From the NCBI GenBank assembly GCA_963813535.1, contig CAWEZH010000003.1:736001-800000 (forward strand): a DNA stretch of 64,000 nt, read 5' to 3'. The stretch comes from an uncultured Chloroflexia bacterium (GTDB lineage: Bacteria; Chloroflexota; Limnocylindria; Limnocylindrales; CSP1-4). Made by a program: the position numbers and the translations under genes. Positions 48,607-59,221 of this stretch are shown here, in pieces. Position 1 is the stretch's first letter. Each line of letters opens with the position of its first letter. Under the pieces are notes generated by a model. It searched no databases and was not told the DNA's origin. It saw only the letters and a list, made by a program, of their open reading frames with translations.

Positions 48607-49704
48607 CTCGCGAGCGCCTCACCGATGCTCTGGCGGGGATCCCTGGCCGCGTGGCCGACGAGGAACACCACGACCAGCGTGAGCCAGAAGATCGCCGGGA
48701 TAGAGGAACGCGGGCGTGATCCCCACGAGGGGCCACGCCGTGGCGAGCGGGATCGCGATCGCCCACCACCGACCGGCGGACAGCAGGTACGCGACGGGTA
48801 GCAACAGGAGCATCGCGTAGTGGTCCCACAGGATCGGTGACACCAACTGGCTGACCACGACGGCGACCATGTACGACGCTTCGTCGGTCGCCAGGCGGAT
48901 GGCGGCGACGAGGGCGACCCCGGCCGCGATGGTGCTCGCGAGCTGGATCGGGCCGGCCAGCTCGGCGGAGATGCCCGCAGCGAACGCGACGGCGCCCGGC
49001 GTCAGGTTGTGTTCGGTCCGGATCGGGTCGCTCACCGTGCGGATCAGGGTCAGGAAATCGGCCCAGGCCGTGGGGCCCGCGATCACGGTCGCGATCAGCG
49101 CGAGCGCGACGAGCGTGACGCCACCCGCCACGACTGCGCGGAAACGCGAGGTCAACAGGGCCCAGACAAGGAGGATGCCCGGCTGGATCTTGATCGCGGC
49201 GCCGAGCGCAGCGGCGACGCCGAACGCGATCGGCCGATCCAGCCAGCGCCAGCCGAGCGCGAAGAGGCAGAAGAGCACGGGCCCGACCTGCCCCAGCTTC
49301 ACCGCGTACACGAACGGGAACGACCAGCCCGCCAGGAGGATCGTCCACCAGCGGACCGCCATCGATACCGGCATCGCGGCCACGCCGACGATGAACGCCG
49401 CGATCGAGATGGCGATCCACGCCCACGTCGCGGTCGACGCACTCAGGAACCCGAACGGCAGCAGCAGAGGCGCGAACGTGGGCGGGTAGTAGAACAGTCC
49501 GAAGCCACCCGTCTCCGTGTACGACATGTCGTACAGCGGCTGACCCGTCAGCAGCCGCTCCGCGGCCTGGTGGTAGGCGAGGAAGTCATAGCCGAGCGTG
49601 TCGCCCGCGACCGCCAGGGTCGCGCCGAGGCCGGCAACGAAGGAGAGGATGGCCACGACGGGCAGGGCAGCCCGTGCGAGGCGACTGATGGCCTGGCGGT
49701 CCAT
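48603..49704 (-). CDS. GT87-like glycosyltransferase (frameshift near 48697)
   Basis: DFLAYH.AA..L..GQPLY, FYYPP, LGQ, IKIQP, SPILWDHY. Confidence 0.8.
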
Positions 49705-50501
49705 CACGCACGTTCGGCGGCGCGGCGGCGACTGCCTCGGTGCAGGAAGGGGATACGGAACAGGTCCCAGGCCACGCGCAGCGCAAGCGCCGGCCGCGCC
49801 CGCATCCTCGATCCGCGCTTGTCGAACCAGCGGATCGGCACGATCGCCAGCCGATACCCGCGTCGACGCGCGAGATAGATCAGCTCGACGTCGAACACGA
49901 TGCTCGTGACGCGCTGGCGCTCGAACAGGTCCCGGGCGACGTCGCGGGTGAACCCCTTGAAGCCGCACTGCGTGTCCTGCACTGGGCCGACGACCCAGAG
50001 CGACGCCAGCAGGTGGAACGCCTTCCCGAGGAGTCGTCGATAGCCGGGCTGCGATGCGCGCATGTCGGAGCCATCGGCCTGGATCCGCGACCCAAGGGCG
50101 ACGTCGTGGTCGCCGAGCGCGGCCACGAGGAGCGGGATCTGGTCCGGCGGCGTCGCCATGTCGGCATCGGCGAAGAGCACGAGGTCACCCTCTGCGGCGA
50201 GCATCCCCGCCCGGACCGCCGCGCCCTTGCCACCGTGGGGCACGCGTAGCACATGCAGCCGGACGCCGGGTACGGAGCCGGCGGCCTCCGGGCGGCTCTG
50301 GACCTTGGCGACCGTGTCGTCCGTGCTGCCGTCGTCGACGACAAGGACATCGATCGACCCGGGCAGAGCTGCAGCGCCGGGCGCGCCGTCGCGGCCGTGC
50401 TGATCGCGCCGCGCGAGATACCCGAACAGCTCGTCGAGCGCCGGACCGATCCGGTCACCCTCATCGAACGCCGGCAGGATGAGGGTCAGGCCGGTCGTCA
50501 C
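49704..50501 (-). CDS. Dolichyl/polyprenyl-phosphate glucosyltransferase-like GT2 (Alg5-like)
   Basis: VDDGSTD, GKGAAVRAG, DADMAT, DTQCGFK, FDVE. Confidence 0.9.
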   Translation of the reverse strand: MTTGLTLILPAFDEGDRIGPALDELFGYLARRDQHGRDGAPGAAALPGSIDVLVVDDGSTDDTVAKVQSRPEAAGSVPGVRLHVLRVPHGGKGAAVRAGMLAAEGDLVLFADADMATPPDQIPLLVAALGDHDVALGSRIQADGSDMRASQPGYRRLLGKAFHLLASLWVVGPVQDTQCGFKGFTRDVARDLFERQRVTSIVFDVELIYLARRRGYRLAIVPIRWFDKRGSRMRARPALALRVAWDLFRIPFLHRGSRRRAAERA

Positions 50502-51661
50502 GGCACCCAGTACCCGCCGAACGACAGGACCGCGATGATCGCGAACAAGCCGACCGAGACCATCGGCCAACCTCGCCGTATCGCGATCGATCGTCGGTTG
50601 GCCAGGATCCAGAACAGCGGGAAGCCAGCCATCGTGATCCGCCCGACCGCCTCGAGCGACCCGCTCGAGAGCTCGGCGGCGATGAACAGCACCGGCACAA
50701 GCGCGTACTCGATCGGTATGCGGTCGGTGCGGACGAACACGAGCAGGAAGACCGTGGCGAGCAGCGTCAGCAGCAACGCACCCTGATACGGGCTGAAGCC
50801 GGTCGCGATGGTCTTGCCCGGTTCAGCGCTCCCGATACCGGTGCGCCCCCACGCCTGCTGCGCGTCCAGGAATGCCGTCGTGCTGCCGGTGACGGTCGCG
50901 ATGTAGCCGAGGAAGGCGAGCGCCGCCAGCGGCCCCAGCGCGAGCCACAGCATCGATGGCTTCGGCCGCCAGCCGTCCTGTCGCAGCATCAGGATCGCGA
51001 GCGGGATGATCAGCGCCGCGCCCTGTAGTCGACACGCGACGGTCAGCGCGAAGAACACCCCGGCCCAGGCCCGGTGACCGCGCTCCGCCGCCAGGAAGGT
51101 CGCGAGCATCACCAGGAGGAAGAGACTTTCCGTGTAGGCCATCGCGAACGCCGACGCGAACGGATAGATGACCAGGAGACCGGCCGCCAGCGTCGCCCGG
51201 CGCCGTCCGATATAGCGGGTCCCGAGACGGACCATCAGGCCCATGGCGAGGAGGAACGCGACGTTCGAGACGATGACCGCCACGACCCCGGCGTATGCCG
51301 GGAATGGCGCTGACAGAAGCGCGATCAACGCCGGGTAGAGCGGCGGGAAGGCCACGTTCGTATAGGCACCCGCGACCGGCGCGGCCTGGTACCCGTCCGC
51401 GACGATGCCGAGGTAGTACCAGCCGTCCCAGCTCGTCAGGCTGCGCAGGATGGGGCCGTCGGCTCCCGGCGTGAGGGCCGGGTTGCGGGGGATGAGGTAC
51501 TCGGCCACGACTGCGGCCGCCACGATGACGATCCGCGACGCGATGAAGATCGCGATCAGTCCGGCGTCCAGCCGGAAGTCGGCGGCGAGGGCGCGTCCGG
51601 CCGCGCGCCATCGATCCAGGAGCGGGACGGACGCGGCCGCCGCGATCGTCGGGCTCGACAT
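50498..51661 (-). CDS. Mannosyltransferase family protein (PIG-V-like GT-C)
   Basis: WDGWYYLGI..DGY, AFPPLYP, AYTESLF, AQQAW. Confidence 0.85.
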   Translation of the reverse strand: MSSPTIAAAASVPLLDRWRAAGRALAADFRLDAGLIAIFIASRIVIVAAAVVAEYLIPRNPALTPGADGPILRSLTSWDGWYYLGIVADGYQAAPVAGAYTNVAFPPLYPALIALLSAPFPAYAGVVAVIVSNVAFLLAMGLMVRLGTRYIGRRRATLAAGLLVIYPFASAFAMAYTESLFLLVMLATFLAAERGHRAWAGVFFALTVACRLQGAALIIPLAILMLRQDGWRPKPSMLWLALGPLAALAFLGYIATVTGSTTAFLDAQQAWGRTGIGSAEPGKTIATGFSPYQGALLLTLLATVFLLVFVRTDRIPIEYALVPVLFIAAELSSGSLEAVGRITMAGFPLFWILANRRSIAIRRGWPMVSVGLFAIIAVLSFGGYWVP

Positions 51662-51775
51662 CTGGGGCAGTCTACGCGGTGCGGCACCGGTGCCCGGATG
51701 CACCGAAGGTCATGGGGTTCCGTGGGACCGGCAGCGCGTGGATGGGCTTGTGCTGTCGGCGTACGCTCCAGCGCG

Positions 51776-52492
51776 ATGGAGTCCGTCCCCACTGTCGCAC
51801 ACACGCCCGTCCTGAGCCGCGTCGCTCGCATCCCGTCGTACGTCCGCGCGATGGTCAGGATGCTGCGGCCGAGTTTCATCACCTTCTTCGGGGTCTGGAT
51901 GCGGCACGCCCGACAGACGCGTGGGTGGCTCAGGATCCCGGATGGCTACCTGCTCTACAGGCTTGCCCGAGACGCGACGTCAAGCGGCGACATCGTCGAG
52001 ATCGGATCTGCATGGGGCAGATCGACCATCTGCCTCGCGGCCGGTTCGCGATCCGTGGACGGAGGTCCGGTCATCGCGATCGACCCCCACACCGGCGACA
52101 CGTGGTTCCTCGAAGAGTCGGGTCTGGATCGGATCGACTCGTTCACGGAGTTCAGCTCCAACATCGCTCGAGCCGGGCTGTCTGACTGGGTCGCCCCGAT
52201 GGTGATGACCTCGGAGGCGGCCGCAGCCGAGTTCCCGGACCGGCCGATCCGACTCCTGTTCATCGACGGTCTCCACACGCTCGAAGGCGTCGAGCAGGAC
52301 ATCGACGACTGGGTTCCGCGCGTCGCTGCAGGTGGCGTCATCGCCTTCGACGACTACGACAACGTGGCCGACGGCGTGGGCGTGCGCGAGGCAGTCGATC
52401 GGCTGCTGGCGTCGGGCTTGGTCGATCCGCACCTGCGTCGGGCGTTCAACCTCGTGTGGACGTATCGCCTGCCCGGACCCGCTAGCGCGTAG
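51776..52492 (+). CDS. Class I SAM methyltransferase (Methyltransf_24-like)
   Basis: VEIGSAWGRST, LLFIDGLH, GGVIAFDD. Confidence 0.88.
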   Translation: MESVPTVAHTPVLSRVARIPSYVRAMVRMLRPSFITFFGVWMRHARQTRGWLRIPDGYLLYRLARDATSSGDIVEIGSAWGRSTICLAAGSRSVDGGPVIAIDPHTGDTWFLEESGLDRIDSFTEFSSNIARAGLSDWVAPMVMTSEAAAAEFPDRPIRLLFIDGLHTLEGVEQDIDDWVPRVAAGGVIAFDDYDNVADGVGVREAVDRLLASGLVDPHLRRAFNLVWTYRLPGPASA

Positions 52493-53933
52493 TGGGTGGC
52501 GGGTCCCGCAGGCCGCGCACGGCTGCGGGCAGGGTGCCTTCCAGCCAGACGAGAACCACCATCAACGCCAACAGGCCCATCCGCGACCAGAGCGGTGGTT
52601 CCCAGGCGACAGCGCTGCCGATCGCCAGCGCGAATGTCGCCACGACGATCGCGTAGACCCCGGCACCGAGACCCGGGGGTCGGGGATGCCGGCGTGCGAA
52701 CGCGGCTGCTGCCGCCGCGGCGACGACCTGGCCCATCAGCATCGCTCCAGCCGTCCCGGCAGATCCGTAGGACTGCACCAGGACGAGGTTGGCCACGATC
52801 GCGACGGCGACACCGACGATCGCCGACCATGCGAGCTGGGTCGTGGCGCGAGCCATCGCGATCGGCAGGGTGCTCACGACGTAGAGGCACGCGCCAAGCG
52901 TGGCACCGAGCGCGAGTGCGGCCGCGTGACCAGCCGGTGCGTAGCGGCTTCCACCGATCAGGGCGACGATCTCCGGCAGGAACGCCAGGAGCACGACGAC
53001 AACGAGCGCGATCGCCACGACGATCCGACGTCCCTCGCGAGCGAGCTGCGCCAGCGTCGCGGTCGACGTTCCGAGCCGGTATGCATGCGGCTGCCAGGCC
53101 AGTTGGGTCGCGGCGACGAACAGGCCGGCAAGGGATGCGATCCGGATGCCGATGGACAGGAAGCCTGCCTCGTCGGCGCCACCGACCCCGAGCAGGACGG
53201 ACCGGTTGAAGAAGTCCCCAATGAGCACCGCCGCGACCGCTGGGGCCAGGGGTAGGCCCAGGGCAAGCAATCTCGAGACGGCATCCGTCGACGGCCGGGC
53301 CGAGATCGCGGGACGGACCAGCGCGAGGCCGATGATCGTCGCCAGGCCCCAGCTGATGGCGAGTGCCAGCATCACTGCGGTCGCGTCCTGCCGCCACACG
53401 AGCAGCAATCCGATCGCGATCACGGCGTTCAGGATCAGCGCGGCGCCCTCAAGCAGCCCATAGGCGCGCGCGCGACCCAGCGTCCGGAGCGTCGTCAGCA
53501 CCGCAGCGTGCAGGAGACCGACCAACATGACGACGCCGACCAACGACACGGCCAGCGTGTAGTCGGCCGAGCCGAACAGGGCTGCACTGATGGAGCTCGC
53601 CCCGATGATCAGGAGGATGGCCACGGGTGTCGCGACCGCAGCGATGAACGCGACCCAGCTGCCCAACAATCGCTGCCGGTCCCGAGGCGAGTCGGCATCG
53701 AAGTACAGCCGGGTCACGGCCACGTCGGTCCCGAGCATGAATGCGGCGAGTCCTGCGCTGATGAGGGCGTTCAGGACGTCGAGTCGGCCGAATTCGGCAG
53801 GACTCAGCAGGCGAGCGAAGATCGGAAGCGAGATGAGCGCGACAGCCTTCCCGGCGATCGTCCCCGTGGCGAACCAGACCGTGTCGCGCGAGAGACTCCG
53901 ACCCGCCGGTGGCCGCAATACGCCTTCCTGCAC
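52482..53933 (-). CDS. Polysaccharide flippase (Wzx/MOP family)
   Basis: LPIFARLLSPAEFG, ~12-14 TM segments; start uncertain. Confidence 0.85.
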   Translation of the reverse strand: MQEGVLRPPAGRSLSRDTVWFATGTIAGKAVALISLPIFARLLSPAEFGRLDVLNALISAGLAAFMLGTDVAVTRLYFDADSPRDRQRLLGSWVAFIAAVATPVAILLIIGASSISAALFGSADYTLAVSLVGVVMLVGLLHAAVLTTLRTLGRARAYGLLEGAALILNAVIAIGLLLVWRQDATAVMLALAISWGLATIIGLALVRPAISARPSTDAVSRLLALGLPLAPAVAAVLIGDFFNRSVLLGVGGADEAGFLSIGIRIASLAGLFVAATQLAWQPHAYRLGTSTATLAQLAREGRRIVVAIALVVVVLLAFLPEIVALIGGSRYAPAGHAAALALGATLGACLYVVSTLPIAMARATTQLAWSAIVGVAVAIVANLVLVQSYGSAGTAGAMLMGQVVAAAAAAAFARRHPRPPGLGAGVYAIVVATFALAIGSAVAWEPPLWSRMGLLALMVVLVWLEGTLPAAVRGLRDPPPTTR

Positions 53934-54066
53934 GGGTATGTCGATACCGGGATCCACGTGGGAATGATGGTCCTCGCGCCTGGGTCCGGTACGGCCCCGA
54001 TGTACCTCGCGGCGGGGGACTCCCAGCCGCGTGGTCGAGCGGCAGCCAAAAGCGTTCAATGTCCCC

Positions 54067-55039
54067 GTGACTAGGATCGATGTCATCGTTCCGCTGCGCG
54101 ACGCCGCGGCGATGCTGCCCGGATGCCTCGACGCCATCCAGGAGCAGTCGCTGCCACCCGGGCGAATCCATCTCGTCGTCGGGCCATCGAGCGATGCCAC
54201 ACCGGCCATCGCGCGCGCTGCGTGGTCCCGCGACCCACGGGTGCTCGTGAGCGAGAACCCGGCCGGTGACCGGGGCTCCGCGCTGAACGTCGCGCTCGAC
54301 CTCCTGGACCCCGAGACCGACGCGGTCGCGATGGTCGATGCGCAGTCCCGCCTTGCGCCGGACTATCTCGAGCGAAGCGCCGCGATCCTCGACCAGACCG
54401 GCGCGGCCGTGGTCGGTGGGCCGATGCGGCCGGTCGGGATGAGCGTGATCGGACGGGCCATCGCCGCCGCCCTCGGATCGCGCGTCGGCGTGGGCGACTC
54501 GGCCTTCCACTTCGACGGGCGCTCGAGCGATGTGGACTCCGTCTACCTTGGTGTCTATCGCCGAACCGTCCTCGATGCGGTCGGCCGGTACGACCCGAGG
54601 TCTGCTGCGCACCGAGGATGACGACATGAATGCGCGCATCCGCGCCACGGGCGGCCGGATCCGCCTGGATCCATCGATCCGCTCGACATACCTCGGCCGC
54701 CAGACGCTGGCCGCCCTCTTCCGCCAATACCACGGCTACGGCTACTGGAAGGTCGCGCTGGCGGCGAAGCGACCCGATGCGATCAGGTGGCGCCATCTCG
54801 CGCCGGCGGCATTCGTCGCCGCGCTGGTCATCGCCGCCATCGTGTCACTGGCGTGGTGGCCGCCGGCACTGCCGGCCCTCGTCGGCCTCTACCTGGCGAC
54901 GCTTCTCGTGGTCGGACTCACGACGACGGACACGCCATTCGTCTCGCGAGTCGTGTTCCCGTTCGCGGTCGCGACGATGCACCTCGGGTACGGCGTCGGA
55001 TCGTGGCAGGCCATCCTCCAGGGCCGGTGGCGCGGGTGA
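54067..55039 (+). CDS. GT2 glycosyltransferase, ExoA-like (frameshift near 54598)
   Basis: VDAQS....DY, VGGP, VDSVYLG|RTED..MN.RI, QY.GYG.W across two frames. Confidence 0.85.
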
Positions 55040-55719
55040 CCGAGGAGCAGCGCATCCGCGACGTCTATCGCTCGTATGAGACCGAGAGACGCGATCGACT
55101 GTGGGACCTGCGTAACCGCGGCTTCGCGCGACTCAGCCAGGACCGTGACATCCGGATCCGGGACCTGGTGGCACGGAGCCTGCCCGGTTCCGGTGGAGCG
55201 CTGCTCGACGTCGGCTGCGGCGATGGCTCACTGATCGCGTCGATCTGCGGCCGATGGCCGGATGTCACGTGCACGGGACTCGACCTGCAGCCCGAACGGA
55301 TCGATGAAGCCCGCGCGACGGTGCCCGACGCGACGTTCGTCGTCGGTTCGGCCGACGCGCTGCCATTCGGCGACGCCGCGTTCGACGTGGTCACCGCCAT
55401 CACCCTGATGAGCTCCCTTCCGAGCGACACGATGGAGGTCGACGCTGCCGAAGAGATCGCCCGGGTCATCCGGCCCGGTGGCTGGCTGATCTGGTTCGAC
55501 CTGCGCTACGACAACCCGACGAATCCAGCTGTCCATGGGATCGACACTCGACGCCTGGATCGGCTGTTCCCCGAATGGACCAAGGAGCTGCGCTCGTCCA
55601 CGGTGATCCCGCCGATCGCCAGGAGACTCGGACCGACGACCCCGGTCCTCTACCCCATCCTTGAGGCGATCCCACCACTGCGCTCACACCTCGTCGGCCG
55701 ACTTCGATGCCCTACCTGA
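55036..55719 (+). CDS. Class I SAM methyltransferase
   Basis: [25 protein letters not shown]. Confidence 0.88.
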   Translation: MTEEQRIRDVYRSYETERRDRLWDLRNRGFARLSQDRDIRIRDLVARSLPGSGGALLDVGCGDGSLIASICGRWPDVTCTGLDLQPERIDEARATVPDATFVVGSADALPFGDAAFDVVTAITLMSSLPSDTMEVDAAEEIARVIRPGGWLIWFDLRYDNPTNPAVHGIDTRRLDRLFPEWTKELRSSTVIPPIARRLGPTTPVLYPILEAIPPLRSHLVGRLRCPT

Positions 55720-56351
55720 TCCAGCGCGCGATCGCGCTCGTCGGACTGATCCTTCTGGGACCGCTGATCCTCGCGCTGGGTCTGGCCGTGAGGATGTCCT
55801 CGCGTGGGCCGGCCTTCCATCGTGCGACCCGCGTGCGTCCGGGCGGCACGTTCACGCTCTTCAAGCTGCGAACGATGCGGGTCGGAGCGGTCGGTTCCGG
55901 TCCTGGCATCACGGCGACTGGCGACCCACGCGTGACACGGCTGGGTCGTCGTCTGCGGAGGACCAAGCTCGACGAGCTGCCGCAGCTGTGGAACGTGGTC
56001 CGCGGCGACATGGCGCTCGTGGGACCGCGGCCCGAGGACCCACGCTACGTCGACCTGGCGGATCCCCTCCATGCCACGGTCTTCGGGGCGCTGCCGGGCA
56101 TCACCGGCCCGACCGCCATCGAATATCGATACGAGGAAACGGTCCTGGCCGATGCCGCCCGGGCGATCGCGAACGGCGACGGCCGTGATCGTCCGACCGA
56201 CGCGGACCTCGACCGCGCGTATCGCGAGGTCATCCTGCCCGCGAAACTGCGGATCGACGCCGGCTACCTCAGCTCGCGGTCGTTCCGTGGAGACCTGCGG
56301 GTGCTGTTGGCGACGGTTGCACCGGGCGCGTCCGCGCCAGCCACGCGATGA
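55707..56351 (+). CDS. Monotopic phosphoglycosyl transferase (bacterial sugar transferase, PglC-like)
   Basis: [38 protein letters not shown]. Confidence 0.93.
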   Translation: MPYLIQRAIALVGLILLGPLILALGLAVRMSSRGPAFHRATRVRPGGTFTLFKLRTMRVGAVGSGPGITATGDPRVTRLGRRLRRTKLDELPQLWNVVRGDMALVGPRPEDPRYVDLADPLHATVFGALPGITGPTAIEYRYEETVLADAARAIANGDGRDRPTDADLDRAYREVILPAKLRIDAGYLSSRSFRGDLRVLLATVAPGASAPATR

Positions 56352-57099
56352 GCGGGATGGCGATGAACGGGATGTCCTGCACGCTGTAGTCCAACCCCGG
56401 GAAGGACCCGACGTTGTTGCGAAGCGCGGCGATGTAGTCGAGCAGCATCGGCAACGAGACGACGGCAAGTGCCATGGCAACGACCCACCAACCGCGTGAC
56501 CGGATGTCGAAGAGCGCCAATGGCGCGAGCGAGGGCTTGATCAGGATCAGCGCGCCGGGCCATCGGTAGCGGAGTGCCAGCGCCAGGAAGGCCGCTATCC
56601 ACATGCCGGTATTGCCCCAGACGATGATGCTCTGGGTCCGTGGCCACCACAGCATCAATGCGAGGAACGGCCACACCCACAGGGCAGGGCGCCAGCGGAC
56701 GACGAAGAACGCGATCGTCCCGAGCGGGATCGCCCACCACAGGACGGCCGGCAACCAGACGAACGGCAGGAAGAGGAAGAGCGCGGCCGGCGGATAGAGC
56801 GTATCCACGTTGATCGCGGCTTCGTAGGGACCGGCGAGCTGATGGGCGGCATAGAACTCGCCGCTCGTCAGCCAGCGGTTGGCGACCATCAGGAAGAAGT
56901 CGAGGTCGGCCCCCCATGCGTCGACGATCAGGGGCCATGCGTCGATCCACGAGCGGATCGCCGCGTACAGGACCACGACCGTCGCGGCCAGCACGATCGC
57001 CCGAAAGACCGGTCCGCGCGTCGACAACGGCTGCGGACCGACCCATGTCGATCGCGGCCTTCGCCACGGAAGCGCCCCGAGCGGGCGGCCGACGTGCAT
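56269..57099 (-). CDS. GT87-like membrane glycosyltransferase
   Basis: D..F......W...G.FY, LYPP, WGN, IKP; start uncertain. Confidence 0.7.
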   Translation of the reverse strand: MHVGRPLGALPWRRPRSTWVGPQPLSTRGPVFRAIVLAATVVVLYAAIRSWIDAWPLIVDAWGADLDFFLMVANRWLTSGEFYAAHQLAGPYEAAINVDTLYPPAALFLFLPFVWLPAVLWWAIPLGTIAFFVVRWRPALWVWPFLALMLWWPRTQSIIVWGNTGMWIAAFLALALRYRWPGALILIKPSLAPLALFDIRSRGWWVVAMALAVVSLPMLLDYIAALRNNVGSFPGLDYSVQDIPFIAIPLIAWLARTRPVQPSPTAPAGLHGTTAS

Positions 57100-57256
57100 C
57101 TCCACCCCCAGTCCTGCGGGCCCTCGACAACGCCATTCCACAGCGCTCGACTGACCGCCAAGGTAGCAGGGCCTCCCGATGGCCGACCACGGCCCGTCGG
57201 TGGCATGACCTTCGGGCAGGTGCTTCGACGCAACGGTCGCCCCTAGACTGGCCGCC

Positions 57257-59221
57257 ATGCCCGCGCTGGGCGGCGTTCGCGGCCGTCACCTGTTCGTCAT
57301 CGACCTCATCGTCATCGGGCTCTCGATCGTGGGCTCGATGGTGCTGCGATTTGATTCGCTGCGGTTCGCCGAAGAGGCGCTCATCTATTTCCCCGCGGCG
57401 CTCTTCCCGTTCGTCGTGCGACCGCCGATCAACGTCATCGGCGGGCTCTATGCGCGAGCGTGGGCCTACGCCAGCGTCGGTGAGCTGTTCCGCGTGGCAG
57501 TCGTCGTCCTGGCGGGCTCGATCGCCGGGATCGTCTTCTTCTACGGCGTCCTCGTCCCGCTCGGCGTGCCGGGCACGACGACCCCCCTCGGTCATTTCCC
57601 ACGCTCGTTCTTCATCCTCGAGGGCCTGCTCACCCTGGCCGGGATGGGTGGCGCGCGGTTCCTGGTCCGGGCATCGACGGAGTGGAAGGGCTGGCGGCCC
57701 GGTGATCCCGATCGGCGCCGCAGGAAGGCCGACGCCGGGGCGGTCGGACCGATGCCCACGCTCGTCTACGGTGCGGGTGACATCGGCGCGACCGTCCTGC
57801 GAACGGTCGCCGCCGCGAGCGACGGGCTGGGCATGCGCATCGTCGGTCTGCTCGATGACGACGCGCGCAAGCGGAATCAGATCCTCCGCGGACAGAAGGT
57901 GCTCGGCTCACTCGACGACCTCGCCGAGGTCGCGCGAGTCACCGGCGCACGGCGGCTCCTGATCGCCATCCCATCGGCATCAGGTGACGTCGTGCGGCGC
58001 GCCGTGCGCGACGCGACGGAGCTCGGGCTCGAGACCCGGACGGTCCCGTCGCTCGATGAGCTCGTGTCGGGTCGGCTGGGCGCCGCGGCGATCCGCGAGG
58101 TCCAGGTCGACGACCTGCTGCGACGCGAGCCTGTCGTCATCGATGAACCGGGCCTTCGTGACCTCGTCCACGGCGAGACCGTGCTGGTGACCGGCGCGGG
58201 TGGATCGATCGGTTCGGAGCTCGCCCGGCAGGTGTACGACCTCGACCCCGCGGCGCTGATCCTGCTCGACCGCGCCGAGGGACCGCTCTATGACATCGAC
58301 CGCGAGCTGATCCTGCTCGGGGAGCGCGATTCGGGCACCGCCGCCCGTGGCGGACAGGACCGCGCCCGACTGGAGACGCGCCTCGCGAACGTGGCATCGC
58401 TCGACGTGATGCGCAGGGTCATCGCGGACGATCGGCCGGTCATGGTCCTGCACGCCGCGGCGTACAAGCACGTGCCGATGATGGAGCACCACCCAGCCGA
58501 CGCCGTGTACACGAACGTCGGGGGTACGCTCGCGGCGCTCCGCGCCTCACTCGACGGCGGGGTCGAGCGCTTCGTCCTCGTCTCGACCGACAAGGCGGTG
58601 GAGCCGTCCTCGGTGATGGGTGCGACGAAGCGGCTGGCCGAGGTCGCCGTCGCTGCGGCAGCTCGCCAGTCGGGTCGACGCTTCGTGTCGGTCCGGTTCG
58701 GGAACGTCCTCGGGTCGTCGGGCAGCGTCGTCCCGCTGTTCCAGCGCCAACTTCGCGAAGGCGTGCCGCTGACCATCACCGACGCCGAGATGACTCGCTA
58801 TTTCATGACCATCCCGGAGGCGTCCCGGCTGATCCTCCAGGCGTCGCTGTTCGGCGGCGCCGGGGACCTGTTCGTGCTCGACATGGGCGAACCGGTCCGG
58901 ATCGTCGACCTGGCGCGAGACCTTGCCCGGCTCGCGGGCCGCGATCCCGACTCGGTCCCGTTCCGCTATATCGGCCTGCGGCCGGGCGAGAAGCTCCACG
59001 AGTCGCTCTTCTACGACGTCGAGGCGATCGAAGCCACCGCCCATCCCAAGGTGCTCCGGGTCCGCCGTGCCGACGACGTCGCCATCGACCCAGCCGTGGT
59101 GTTCGGCGCGCTCGACGAACTGGTGGCGATCGGGGCGAGCGGCGATCATGCGGCCAGCCGAGCGGCGCTCCAGGACGCCCTCGCCCGCCTCGACCCGGCT
59201 CCCGCGCGGGCGACCGCGTGA
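57257..59221 (+). CDS. Membrane-bound UDP-GlcNAc 4,6-dehydratase (PglF/CapD/WbpM-like)
   Basis: VTGAGGSIGSEL, HAAAYKHVP, STDKAV, MGATK, RFGNVLGS, RPGEKL. Confidence 0.95.
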   Translation: MPALGGVRGRHLFVIDLIVIGLSIVGSMVLRFDSLRFAEEALIYFPAALFPFVVRPPINVIGGLYARAWAYASVGELFRVAVVVLAGSIAGIVFFYGVLVPLGVPGTTTPLGHFPRSFFILEGLLTLAGMGGARFLVRASTEWKGWRPGDPDRRRRKADAGAVGPMPTLVYGAGDIGATVLRTVAAASDGLGMRIVGLLDDDARKRNQILRGQKVLGSLDDLAEVARVTGARRLLIAIPSASGDVVRRAVRDATELGLETRTVPSLDELVSGRLGAAAIREVQVDDLLRREPVVIDEPGLRDLVHGETVLVTGAGGSIGSELARQVYDLDPAALILLDRAEGPLYDIDRELILLGERDSGTAARGGQDRARLETRLANVASLDVMRRVIADDRPVMVLHAAAYKHVPMMEHHPADAVYTNVGGTLAALRASLDGGVERFVLVSTDKAVEPSSVMGATKRLAEVAVAAAARQSGRRFVSVRFGNVLGSSGSVVPLFQRQLREGVPLTITDAEMTRYFMTIPEASRLILQASLFGGAGDLFVLDMGEPVRIVDLARDLARLAGRDPDSVPFRYIGLRPGEKLHESLFYDVEAIEATAHPKVLRVRRADDVAIDPAVVFGALDELVAIGASGDHAASRAALQDALARLDPAPARATA

